Of a DNA stretch of 47,467 bases, positions 36,915-45,984 are shown one piece after another. The notes under the pieces are model-generated. The model made no database searches. It was not told where the DNA came from and saw nothing but the letters and a program-made list of their open reading frames with translations. The DNA is from Candidatus Bathyarchaeota archaeon. GTDB taxonomy: Archaea > Thermoproteota > Bathyarchaeia > TCS64. Within the stretch, counting starts at the first letter, position 1, and every line of letters starts with the position of its first letter. The position numbers and the translations under genes are program-made. The DNA lies in assembly GCA_037439685.1 (NCBI GenBank), contig JBBIVO010000001.1:39033-86499 (forward strand), read 5' to 3'.

Positions 36915-38510
36915 ATGCCTCGAGAAGATTTAAGGCCTGAGGCTACCGGAACATTTGGGGAGCATGAGGTGTCGATGAATACCTTGAAGTCAGCCCTTGA
37001 GAGGCTGATGGAGAGGGCTAGGGAGCTTATCATCCTCGACTCGGCGGCCTCGATCCTCCACTGGGATATGGAGACCATGATGCCCCCAGCCGCGGTGTCC
37101 TTGAGGGGTGAGCAGCTATCCCTGATGGAGAGGATGATGCATAGGATGCTCACGGATCCTCAGGTGGGAGGCCTCCTCAAGGAGATATTGGGCCACCCCT
37201 CATATGGCTCCCTCGACGAGGCTCAGAGGAGGAATGTGCACCTTATAAGGAAGGCGTATGAGGAGGCTGTGAGGCTTCCGGAGGAGCTGGTGGCTGAGAC
37301 CGCCAGGCAGAGGGCGATCACCATCGACGTATGGAAGAAGGCTAAGGCCTCAAAGGACTATCGGCCATTCAGCCCCCACCTCGAGAGGCTCTTCGAGTTG
37401 AGGAGGAGGGCTGCAGAGCTCCTAGTGGAGGTGAAGGGCGTTAAAGACCCTTACGACGCCCTCATCGACGACTTTGAGCCTGGGATGGCATCCGACACCA
37501 TAGCTCGAATCTTCAGCGATCTGAGGCCGAGGCTGATCAGGATAATGGACAAGTGTCTCTCCTCAGGCCAGCCGGAGACATCCTTCCTAGGCCGGAGGGT
37601 TCCAATAGAGGCTCAGAGGAGGGTCTCGGAGGCCCTGGCCTCCTTCATAGGATACGAGATCGGCTCGAGGGAGGCCTGGGGCAGGATAGACGAGACGGAG
37701 CACCCCTTCACGACCGGATACTATGACGACATCAGGATAACCACCCACTACTACGAGGATCAGCTCTCCAGCAGCATATTCTCAGTTCTCCATGAGGGAG
37801 GGCACGCCCTCTACGAGCGGGGCCTCCCCAGGGAGTGGATGTATCAGCCAGTTGGTTCTCCATGCTCATATGGGATCCATGAGTCCCAGTCCAGATTCGT
37901 CGAGAACATCATTGGGAGGAGCATGGACTTCTGGAGCCACTTCCTCCTGAGGCTGAAGGAGCTGACTGGAGGTATACTTCAGGATGTGGAGCTTGAATCC
38001 TTCGTGAGGGCGGTGAACAAGGTTGAGCCGTCCAAGATAAGGGTCAGGGCAGACGAGGTGACCTACGGCCTCCACATAATAATCCGATTCGAGCTTGAGA
38101 GGAGCCTCTTCAACGATGAGGTGGAGGTGCCCGAGCTCCCATCCGCCTGGAATGAGAAGTATGAGAGGTACCTGGGGGTGGAGGTGGAGGACGACTCGGA
38201 GGGGGTTATGCAGGACACCCACTGGGCGGGGGGCTCATTCGGATACTTCCCAAGCTACTGCCTGGGCAACATATACAGCGGCCAGATCCTTAAGGCGATG
38301 GAGGAGGACCTCCCAGAATGGAGGGGCCTGATATCCTCCGGAAGCTTCAAGGAGGTGAGGGACTGGCTTGCCACCCACGTCCACAGGCACGGGAAACTCT
38401 ATGACCCAGCCGCCCTCATAAAGCTCATATCGGGGTCAGAGCTCACCGTGGAGCCCTTCATAGAATACCTAGAGAAGAAGTACTCCAGCCTATACGGGTT
38501 TGGGGCATGA
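36915..38510 (+). CDS. M32 (Taq-type) thermostable carboxypeptidase
   Basis: HEGGHALYE (HExxH), IHESQSRF, and ILHWDMETMMP near the N-terminus. The track start at 36894 is TTG, and ATGs lie at 36915 and 36975. Confidence 0.85.
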   Translation: MPREDLRPEATGTFGEHEVSMNTLKSALERLMERARELIILDSAASILHWDMETMMPPAAVSLRGEQLSLMERMMHRMLTDPQVGGLLKEILGHPSYGSLDEAQRRNVHLIRKAYEEAVRLPEELVAETARQRAITIDVWKKAKASKDYRPFSPHLERLFELRRRAAELLVEVKGVKDPYDALIDDFEPGMASDTIARIFSDLRPRLIRIMDKCLSSGQPETSFLGRRVPIEAQRRVSEALASFIGYEIGSREAWGRIDETEHPFTTGYYDDIRITTHYYEDQLSSSIFSVLHEGGHALYERGLPREWMYQPVGSPCSYGIHESQSRFVENIIGRSMDFWSHFLLRLKELTGGILQDVELESFVRAVNKVEPSKIRVRADEVTYGLHIIIRFELERSLFNDEVEVPELPSAWNEKYERYLGVEVEDDSEGVMQDTHWAGGSFGYFPSYCLGNIYSGQILKAMEEDLPEWRGLISSGSFKEVRDWLATHVHRHGKLYDPAALIKLISGSELTVEPFIEYLEKKYSSLYGFGA

Positions 38511-39481
38511 TCCTGATGGGCATCCCCGAGGAGCTGATAAGGGTTTACAGGAGGCAGGGTTACCAGATCGTGGGAGCACACAGCGCCGTCAAGACCTGCC
38601 ACTGGACGAGGAGGAGCCTCAACACGGAGGGAGAGGAGCACTGCTACAAGCAGAGGTTCTACGGCATCCCATGCCACAGGTGCCTCCAGATGACCCCAAG
38701 CCTCGGCAGGTGCCTCCAGAGCTGCATCTTCTGCTGGAGGGCCCAGCCTGGAGACCTAGGGGTCGAGTGGGATCAGACCATCCTCCCATCGGAGGAGGCG
38801 GAGGAGCCGGAGGCCATAGTGGAGGGGTGCCTAGAGGCCCATAGGAGGGCCCTAAGGGGCTTCGGCGGAAACCCCAGGGTTTCTAGGGACCTCCTCGAGG
38901 AGGCGCTGAACCCCACTCACGCGGCCATAAGCCTGGAGGGAGAGCCAACCCTATACCCATACCTGGGAGAGCTCGTCGAGGCCTTCTTCAGCCATGGCTT
39001 CAGATCCGTCTTCATAGTGACCAACGGCCTCAGGCCCGAAGCCCTCTCAGCCCTCGGCCGCGAGCCAAGCCAGCTCTACGTGAGCGTCTGCGCCCCAGAT
39101 GAGGACACGTACAGGCGAACATGTAGGCCCCTCATTCCAGGCGGCTGGGGGAGGCTGATGGAGACCCTCGAGCTCCTCAACAGCTTCAAGTGCCCAACCG
39201 TCCTAAGGCACACCCTAATCCCAGGGTTTAACATGCACAGCCCCAACGGCTATGCGAGGCTCGCCGAGAGGGCTGGGGCCACATACCTAGAGCCGAAGGC
39301 AGCCAAGTCGGTGGGCTTCGCCAGAAGCCGATTCGGCTACGGAGAGATGGCATGGCACAGGGATATCAGAAGGTTCGCGGAGGAGCTTGCAAGGGAGTCC
39401 GGATACAACATCATAGACGAGCAGCCCCAGAGCTCCATAGTCCTCCTAAGCAGGCTGAACAAACCCATAAAACTCTATTAA
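38507..39481 (+). CDS. taw1: tRNA 4-demethylwyosine synthase (radical SAM, TYW1/Taw1)
   Basis: HSAVKTCHWTRRSL, CYKQRFYGI and CxxxCxFCWR cluster motifs. ATGA overlap with the M32 stop. Confidence 0.8.
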   Translation: MILMGIPEELIRVYRRQGYQIVGAHSAVKTCHWTRRSLNTEGEEHCYKQRFYGIPCHRCLQMTPSLGRCLQSCIFCWRAQPGDLGVEWDQTILPSEEAEEPEAIVEGCLEAHRRALRGFGGNPRVSRDLLEEALNPTHAAISLEGEPTLYPYLGELVEAFFSHGFRSVFIVTNGLRPEALSALGREPSQLYVSVCAPDEDTYRRTCRPLIPGGWGRLMETLELLNSFKCPTVLRHTLIPGFNMHSPNGYARLAERAGATYLEPKAAKSVGFARSRFGYGEMAWHRDIRRFAEELARESGYNIIDEQPQSSIVLLSRLNKPIKLY

Positions 39482-39594
39482 CACTAAAAATGCTTATAGC
39501 TAAAAACTCTCCCATAATGTTCTATAACACGAAAAGTTTTCTCAATCTATCTAGTCTCTTATCTAGAATAAAAATAAAGGAGAGAGTGAAAATT

Positions 39595-39960
39595 TTAGCT
39601 TGGAAGATGCACCTCTTTAAATCGCTCTATGGCCTTTAGAGAAACTACCCTTTGCTTGTAGTGGCTTACCGTGAGGATCGCACCCCATGTAGCGATGGTA
39701 GCTGCGGAGATAGCCGTGCCCGCCGTGGCCATCTCATGGAGCATCGCCGGTATATCTACTGGGTTTGCCATGGCGGTCAAGAATGGGGGCCATGGAACCA
39801 CCTCCCCATGCCATAAATGCTCAAGGGCGAGTAAGATCACACCACCCCAAAGGAGCGTGTTTAGGACCCAAAGCCTCAGCCTCTCAGCTAACCTCATCGC
39901 CCCCCTCTGTACGATTGATGTTATGATGGCCAGGGCCATGGGGATGAGGAAGCAAGCCAT
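39595..39960 (-). CDS. small membrane protein (about 3 TM), paralogue of 40030..40326
   Basis: 121 aa and hydrophobic. The LLWGGVILLALEHLWHG block parallels ILWGATVMVFFDHLIGF in the divergent neighbour. Confidence 0.5.
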   Translation of the reverse strand: MACFLIPMALAIITSIVQRGAMRLAERLRLWVLNTLLWGGVILLALEHLWHGEVVPWPPFLTAMANPVDIPAMLHEMATAGTAISAATIATWGAILTVSHYKQRVVSLKAIERFKEVHLPS

Positions 39961-39978
39961 ACCCTCCCCTCCATAACA

Positions 39979-39994
39979 CTAAATTTAAATTTAG
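39979..39994. promoter_or_regulatory. perfect 16-bp palindrome CTAAATTTAAATTTAG in a 69-bp divergent intergenic region
   Basis: Self-complementary by inspection. It lies 19 bp from the minus-strand start (39960) and 36 bp from the plus-strand ATG (40030). It contains TATA-like TTTAAAT in both orientations. Confidence 0.6.
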
Positions 39995-40029
39995 TAATAC
40001 TAATAGATAATCCTATCGGAGGAGATATC

Positions 40030-40326
40030 ATGTGGCTGCTCATCCTCGCATCCGCTGCGGCGGTCGCCACACCCATATGGTATTCAGAGGCCGATGATGA
40101 CAGGTATATGCTTAAGTACCTCTGCCTCATACTTTGGGGAGCGACGGTGATGGTCTTCTTCGACCATCTAATTGGCTTCTTAAATGAGGGAGGATGCTTC
40201 CTCGAATTGACGGTTGAGGCGACGGTTTTAGGCTTTGTGATGCTTATAGCCGCCCTTATCCTCTGGGAGGCCATCCTACTGCTTAGAGATCCAAGGGGCA
40301 TACTCCATAGGAAGAGGGGAGGATAG
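40030..40326 (+). CDS. small membrane protein (about 3 TM), paralogue of 39595..39960
   Basis: 98 aa. GGAGG lies 7 nt upstream of the ATG. It shares the motif block described for 39595..39960. Confidence 0.5.
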   Translation: MWLLILASAAAVATPIWYSEADDDRYMLKYLCLILWGATVMVFFDHLIGFLNEGGCFLELTVEATVLGFVMLIAALILWEAILLLRDPRGILHRKRGG

Positions 40327-40352
40327 AAGCCTCACCCCATCCTCCCTTTTAT

Positions 40353-40760
40353 TCACGCCAGCTCATGGACCGTCACGAGTTTGACCTGCCTGACTCCCCT
40401 AACCCCACTCAGCTCCTGGCTCAAGCTCTTTATAAGCTCTGTTTTCCCCCTTATCGCGAGGATCTCTAGGCAGGTCTGCTCATTTAGATGTACATGCATC
40501 GTTGAGTTTATTATATCTCTATGATGGTGTTGAATATCTGTCAATGTGTCTTCGAGCCCCCTGACCGTGTGGTCAAATAGGAGGATGATCGCTCCAACCC
40601 CCACACCCTCAACCCGGCCAAACTCGAAATCCGCTATGAAGCCTCTCATGGCGGCCTGTATGGCCTTGGACCTATCCCTAAAGCCCATCTCACGCGCCAC
40701 TCTATCAAACCTTTCCAGAAGCTCTGGAGGAATGGAAACCCCTATACGGTGAACGGGCAA
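40353..40760 (-). CDS. nikR: NikR-family nickel-responsive transcriptional regulator (RHH plus C-terminal metal-binding domain)
   Basis: RIGVSIPPELLERFD...RSKAIQAAMR (RHH), then FDHTVRG..., IQHHH..., STMHVHLNEQTCLEIL (His/Cys nickel-site pattern). TTG start. Confidence 0.75.
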   Translation of the reverse strand: MPVHRIGVSIPPELLERFDRVAREMGFRDRSKAIQAAMRGFIADFEFGRVEGVGVGAIILLFDHTVRGLEDTLTDIQHHHRDIINSTMHVHLNEQTCLEILAIRGKTELIKSLSQELSGVRGVRQVKLVTVHELA

Positions 40761-41135
40761 GTCCTACCCTCCAACGTTAAGCTTGCCTCCCAATTTAAAA
40801 ATACATTCTCATAACATACTTGGCCTCTCGAGCCCCTCGATAGGAGGTTCATCTTTCTCCCCATTTCTATCTCTCATATGTCCTGAAGCTCCTGGCCTAA
40901 GCCCCCCGCCTCGTATGATAACTCCCCTTATCGTTCCCAACATCGAAGGCTTGATGGCCAACGAAGGAGATCTCAAGAAGGGTGAACCTTTCCCCTCTTC
41001 GATGAGGGCGATCTGAGGGCTGGCTGAGTTCAAATCGAGGAAGGTGGAGGTGGGTTGATTGGCCCCAAGCTTTGGGCAGGGGCTCCGGAAGCATAAAGGG
41101 TTTAAATTCGAGCTCGTATAGCATCTACGAATTTG

Positions 41136-41212
41136 GCGGCCGTGGTCCAGCCTGGTCAAGATCTTGGCCTTCCAAGCCAATGACCCGGGTTCGAATCCCG
41201 GCGGCCGCACCA
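41136..41212 (+). tRNA. tRNA-Gly (anticodon UCC), CCA encoded
   Basis: Hand fold. Acceptor GCGGCCG/CGGCCGC. Anticodon stem TTGGC/GCCAA with loop CTTCCAA. T-arm CCGGG-TTCGAAT-CCCGG. Discriminator A plus CCA. The D-stem has one mismatch. Confidence 0.9.
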
Positions 41213-41324
41213 GCATCTGGATGAGGCATGGGGCATCATTTACGTTCCTGAGGAGCTTGATGCTCTTCACTTCAAACCCGTACTCTAGGCCGGCCTCTAT
41301 CAGCTCAGCTGCCTGCTCAACCAT
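41213..41324 (-). other. short ORF reading antisense into the 3' end of tRNA-Gly; possible remnant of the N-terminal part of an SSV-type integrase
   Basis: MVEQAAELIEAGLEYGFEVKSIKLLRNVNDAPCLIQMLV runs straight into the antisense T-arm, which translates as RPPGFEPG. The rest of the 171-aa track ORF is tRNA antisense and non-protein-like sequence. Confidence 0.2.
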
Positions 41325-41616
41325 TTTGGCGGCTCTGCGGAGATGATCCCCTCCCCTCCAATAGTGGGGTCATTTGTATAGCAGCGTGTTTTGTTTCTGT
41401 GTCTAGCAATTCAATCTCTATAAGGTATCCATTTTCCTGTAATTCCTCATCTCTTCAAATGCGAAGTGTGTGAAGGCTAAATTTAGCAATTGCCAGGAAG
41501 AGATAGTGAGAGTTTGCAGCCCTCTACAATGGGGAAAGGCTACAATTCTCAAAGGCTATAAGTCGGTCGCAACCCTCTTTTATAGACCCTCATGCCCTCT
41601 CAACCATAAAACGAAT

Positions 41617-42471
41617 TTAAAGTATGCCTTTGAATGTGGATGGTAATTTAAATATTCTCCTGACACTTTTTATATCTTCTCCGAGCACTTCTATTTCGTC
41701 CAGATTTGAAACCCCTAATCCCCTCTCTTCAGCCAATCTTAGATACTTAACTTCTCTTGGGTTTATGCCCATAACAGCTGTGGATACCGAATCAACCGCG
41801 ACCATATCAGTTCCTGCGATTATTAGACCCATTTGGACAGGGGATCCATTGACTTCATCCTCTTCCGCGCCGACTAGGCCATCAACCACGTTGAGCCTCA
41901 CTTTATCCTTAAAGAGGGTGGCCAGGTCCACGATCTTCTCATTTATCTTGCTGTGCATAATGCTCTTGGGCAGGATCATCCCCATAAGGTTCTTCATGCA
42001 GAGCGTAACCAAGGCCATATGATGAACCTTTAGCTTCGGGACATTTATGATGCATCCGCTCTTTAGAGCCGTCTCGGCAACGCCAACCTCATGCAGGGCG
42101 AGGGCGTTTGGGATCGCCACGTTAACCCTCTTATCGCTGTTCAGATTAACAAGCCTGGCATCTAGACGTTTAACCACCTCCCTGATTCCCACCACATCGA
42201 AGGCCCTTTCAGTATCATCGGCGCCCCCCTCCCCAACGGTCACCTCCTTCACCCCTAGGCTCCTCACGAACTTGATAATACCTTCAATTACCCTTGAATC
42301 CGTCGTCATCCCTGTAGATGGATGCTTAGCAACAACATAGTTAGGCTTTACAAGTACCACCTCCTCCCCCGCCATCAACCCCTCGGCTCCGATAAACTCA
42401 AAGGCCTCCCGCAGCATCTCATATGGGTCTTCACCCCTAACAAGCGCCACGGACGCCTTCATAATAACCAC
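41617..42471 (-). CDS. DUF362 domain-containing protein
   Basis: 284 aa. The N-terminal VALVRGEDPYEMLREAFEFIG...VLVKPNYV pattern is typical of DUF362/COG2006. Confidence 0.65.
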   Translation of the reverse strand: MVIMKASVALVRGEDPYEMLREAFEFIGAEGLMAGEEVVLVKPNYVVAKHPSTGMTTDSRVIEGIIKFVRSLGVKEVTVGEGGADDTERAFDVVGIREVVKRLDARLVNLNSDKRVNVAIPNALALHEVGVAETALKSGCIINVPKLKVHHMALVTLCMKNLMGMILPKSIMHSKINEKIVDLATLFKDKVRLNVVDGLVGAEEDEVNGSPVQMGLIIAGTDMVAVDSVSTAVMGINPREVKYLRLAEERGLGVSNLDEIEVLGEDIKSVRRIFKLPSTFKGIL

Positions 42472-42612
42472 CTAACTCATGTAATGAGGCATATGCGCTT
42501 CAGTTTAGGGTTGGCCTCCCAATTAAGGTCTGCCCCCTTCATTTTCGTGCCCCGCGAGATTTAAAATTTTGTGACTGAAAGATTTAAGTTTGAGAGGTGT
42601 TTAAAATAAGGT

Positions 42613-42948
42613 GTGGAAATCGAAACAGATAGTCAAAATTTATTGAAGGAATTGAAAGTAAAAGATTTAGAGGAAAAAATTGAAAAAATTTGTCTGAAAA
42701 ATGATATATCTTTTATGGCCATTTTCGGCTCCTTCGCTAGAGGAAAGTATAATAAGAGAAGTGACATAGATATAGCAATAGAATTTAAAGATAATGGTGA
42801 AAAAACCCTTTTTGACCTTGTGAGGATGGAAAAAGAGTTAAAAAAATTGTTTAAGAAAAAAGTAGATCTCGGGATTTTCAGTAGCCTAAACCCCTACATT
42901 ATTGATGACATAAAAAGGGAAATGAAGGTGATTTATGAAAAGAGATAA
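42613..42948 (+). CDS. mntA: nucleotidyltransferase antitoxin (MntA-like)
   Basis: FGSFARGKYNKRSDIDIAI (G-S...D-x-D). GTG start. It overlaps the downstream DUF86 gene by 14 nt. Visibly AT-rich. Confidence 0.8.
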   Translation: MEIETDSQNLLKELKVKDLEEKIEKICLKNDISFMAIFGSFARGKYNKRSDIDIAIEFKDNGEKTLFDLVRMEKELKKLFKKKVDLGIFSSLNPYIIDDIKREMKVIYEKR

Positions 42949-43285
42949 AGCATATCTAAAGCACATTATTGATGTAATATTAAACATAGGGAAGTTTATA
43001 GAAGGAGTGTCAAAAGAAGAGTTTTTGAGAAATGTAGAGAAGCAATATGCTGTTTTAAGAGGATTGGAAATAATTGGGGAAGCATCTAAAAACTTAAGTA
43101 ATGATCTTAAAAGAAAACATAAAAAGATACCGTGGAGAGAAATTGCAGGTATGAGGGATAAGCTTATTCATGAATATTTTGGTGTCAATCTAGAATTGGT
43201 TTGGAAAACAGTCAAAGATGAGTTGCCTCAACTAAAGGTTCAAGTTTCAAAAATAATTCATGAAATTGAAACACCTGAAGAATAA
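42935..43285 (+). CDS. hepT: HepT-like (DUF86, HEPN superfamily) RNase toxin
   Basis: RDKLIHEYFGVNLELVW carries the R-x4-H-E-Y DUF86 signature. 116 aa. Confidence 0.8.
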   Translation: MKRDKAYLKHIIDVILNIGKFIEGVSKEEFLRNVEKQYAVLRGLEIIGEASKNLSNDLKRKHKKIPWREIAGMRDKLIHEYFGVNLELVWKTVKDELPQLKVQVSKIIHEIETPEE

Positions 43286-43862
43286 TAGCTTACTTGAAAA
43301 ACCGTTGACGGCTTCGATGGGCGTAAACCCCCCTCCCAGCCTTAACAACTTGAAGCCCCATAGTAAGGATAAAAATAGGGATAGACTTTTGAGGAGGGTA
43401 AAGGTCAATAAAATAGGGTTCATTTCGCTCTTTAATAAGATTTTTGTGCCTGGATCCTTAAGCCTATTTAACCTCTATTGATTCACCATTTTCATCAAAG
43501 TCCTGTTAAGCGTTTTTAAGAAGATTTTACCAATTTAAGGCTTAAAAATTTGGCATCCGCGGACCAACCCTCCAAAAAGGATCTTTCCTCACGCCTAAAA
43601 ACCAGCTAGGGAACCAGCCACAACATTCTCAGTAAAGAGCGTAGGTTTCATTTTTAATAAAGTTCAAAGGCTTTTGTATTTAGACTTGGCCATCCCACAT
43701 CAAACTATTTCAGGTTTAACCCTCGAAGGCCCCAGACTACGGCCCCGTCTTCATCGCATTGGGCGAGCGCGATGGTGTGGGCTCTCAGCCTCGATGGCGA
43801 AGCTTTGGATCTGGCATCCCCTCAATCGCCCTTTTTAAGGGGATCAAGAACCATTATGGGGG

Positions 43863-44906
43863 ATGGGGCTCATGAGGGTGAGAGGTAAGGCCTCTGGGAT
43901 GGGTATCTGGAGGTATGGCGACAGGCTCCCTCAGGTTGAGGCCTCTTGTAGGCTGTCCATGGGGGAGGGGGGGACACCCCTCCTCAGGCTCAGGGGGTTG
44001 GACATCTGGGTTAAGGCGGATTACATCAACCCCACATCGAGCTTTAAGGATCGGGGTGTGGCCTTCCTCGTCTCAAAGCTCTTGGAGGAGGGGGCTGGGG
44101 GGGTTATAATAGACTCCTCTGGGAACGCTGCGGTCTCCACGGCCGCGTACTGCGCGAGGGCCGGGCTTAGGCATATCGCGGTCATGCCCATCTACAGCCA
44201 CGTGGAGAAGAAGGCTCAAGTCCTCTGGCATGGCTCCACCATCATAGAGGCCCCTGACAGGGACTCCGCCCGGATCTTTGCCAGGAGGCTCTCCAGGGAG
44301 CTGGGGTTGAGGTATATAGGCTTCGCCCTTGAGCCGAACGCGGTGCCGGGCTTCAAGACGGCGGCCTATGAGATAGAGGAGGAGTTCACCCCAGATGCCA
44401 TATTCATCCCGACGGGGAGCGGGACAAACCTCGTCGCCATAGCCACCGCCTACCTGGAGATGCTTAGGGAGGGGGAGGTTGAGGGGGTTCCGGAGATCCA
44501 CTGCGTCCAGTCCGCAGCCTGCGCCCCCATCTCCGGGGAGTTCACGGACTACGAGCCCATCGAGTCCACCCTCGCCGAGGGGGTCATAGTCCCCCACACC
44601 GAGAGGAAGGACGAGGCGGTGAGGCTGGTGAGGGAGACTGGGGGCACCGGATGGGTCGTCGACGACGAGGAGATATACAAGGCCCTAACCCTCCTCGCAT
44701 CCAATGGGATATACACATCGCCGACCGGGGCTGTTGGGGTTGCGGGGGCGATGAAGGCCGGCCTCAAGGGCCGGTGCATCTGCATAGCCACGGACAGTGG
44801 ATTGAAGTCCAACCTGATGCTAGAAGCCTTCAGGTCAAGGATCTTCAGGGTTGAGGATGAGGAGGGCCTTGAGAAACTCATCGAGGGCCTCTCAGAGAGG
44901 CCTTAA
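43863..44906 (+). CDS. threonine synthase-like PLP-dependent enzyme (short form)
   Basis: The PLP-lysine motif is TSSFKDRGVAF. GSGTNL loop. 347 aa. It is the second ThrC-family gene in the window, and the exact start is uncertain. Confidence 0.65.
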   Translation: MGLMRVRGKASGMGIWRYGDRLPQVEASCRLSMGEGGTPLLRLRGLDIWVKADYINPTSSFKDRGVAFLVSKLLEEGAGGVIIDSSGNAAVSTAAYCARAGLRHIAVMPIYSHVEKKAQVLWHGSTIIEAPDRDSARIFARRLSRELGLRYIGFALEPNAVPGFKTAAYEIEEEFTPDAIFIPTGSGTNLVAIATAYLEMLREGEVEGVPEIHCVQSAACAPISGEFTDYEPIESTLAEGVIVPHTERKDEAVRLVRETGGTGWVVDDEEIYKALTLLASNGIYTSPTGAVGVAGAMKAGLKGRCICIATDSGLKSNLMLEAFRSRIFRVEDEEGLEKLIEGLSERP

Positions 44907-45960
44907 GGCGTGGGAAGACATCCTTGTTAAAGGCCTCCCCCTCCAGCTCCATCCCGATGGAGGAGATGAGGGGCACCTCCACCTCGTGGAGGGACCCATG
45001 GGAGCGGACCTCCACATCCTCATATGTGGACCTGAGATTCAAGCCTAGAGTGTGCTCAGCGTCGGCCAAGACCATTAGGTCTCCGACCCTATCCGCGGGG
45101 AGCCTAAACCGCTTCGATGCCTCAGACCTGGGGAGTGCCATCTCAACCCCCTCAGCGTCGGCCAAGACCTCCCTAGCCTCTGCCACTCCATCCTTTAGGT
45201 AGAGGTAGGCTGAGCCTCCGAGGTTCATGTGGTGGGTGGGATGCTCATCCTTTATGGTTGCGATCAGCCTAGCCTCTATCCCCTCGTCCCTCAGGAGCCT
45301 AACGGGGTCTAGGCTCACCCTCTTAGGGTTCATGCCATGGTCGGCCACGATCCCCAAAGCAACATCCAACTCGAACAGCCTCTCAAGCCCCTCATCGAGT
45401 TGGGATATGTAGTCCCTGGCCTCTGGGGAGGTTGGAGGATACTTATGTGGGACGTAATCGGTCGTGCATATGTAAACAACATCCCATCTGCGCCTCTCAA
45501 GCTCCAGGCGGGCAGCCTTCAAAAGCCAGAGGCTGGCCTCAGCGCTGTATATGGATGGGGGCTCCCCCACCTCCTCCACCAGCGCCTCAGACGGCCTCTC
45601 GGCAGAGTATGAGGCCGTAGAGCCCCTTGATAGGAGCCTCAGAAGCTTATCCTTAACCGTCAATAGGAGGCTCCTCCTCCCTTCCCTAGCCTCCAGCTCA
45701 AGCCAGGTCGGGTGGTTGAGGAAGGCTGAGGAGTCCATGAAGACCTCCACCCCCTTGGCGGGGTCGTAGTAGGAGTTGGCGCTTATCCCATGGGTTTCTG
45801 GGAAGACCCCTGTGATGATGGAGGCGTTGTTCACGTTGGTCACGGTGGGGACCATAGCCCTACAGGTCTCAGCCGTCCCAGCCCTCATCAACCCGTCAAG
45901 GAAGGGGGTGCTCGCCGCCTCCAGGTAACCCCACGAGATCCCATCCAGGACCACGACCAC
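44878..45960 (-). CDS. alkaline-phosphatase superfamily enzyme (type I phosphodiesterase / nucleotide pyrophosphatase / phosphonoacetate hydrolase-like)
   Basis: VVVLDGISWGYL, PTVTNVNNASIITG (nucleophile Thr region) and ADHGMNP metal-site motifs. Confidence 0.65.
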   Translation of the reverse strand: MVVVLDGISWGYLEAASTPFLDGLMRAGTAETCRAMVPTVTNVNNASIITGVFPETHGISANSYYDPAKGVEVFMDSSAFLNHPTWLELEAREGRRSLLLTVKDKLLRLLSRGSTASYSAERPSEALVEEVGEPPSIYSAEASLWLLKAARLELERRRWDVVYICTTDYVPHKYPPTSPEARDYISQLDEGLERLFELDVALGIVADHGMNPKRVSLDPVRLLRDEGIEARLIATIKDEHPTHHMNLGGSAYLYLKDGVAEAREVLADAEGVEMALPRSEASKRFRLPADRVGDLMVLADAEHTLGLNLRSTYEDVEVRSHGSLHEVEVPLISSIGMELEGEAFNKDVFPRLKASLRGPR

Positions 45961-45984
45961 GATGGGTTTCAGGTGATCCTCCCC

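Noticed and set aside
38507-38510. ATGA overlap coupling the M32 carboxypeptidase to taw1, as a functional link
   Set aside because: Four-nucleotide overlaps are common in compact archaeal genomes. No functional relationship between the two families is known, so this is noted only as operon-style packing.
40809-41324. 171-aa minus-strand ORF
   Set aside because: It runs antisense through the whole of tRNA-Gly, and the remainder is low-complexity and non-protein-like. Only the first ~38 codons are retained, as a possible integrase relic.
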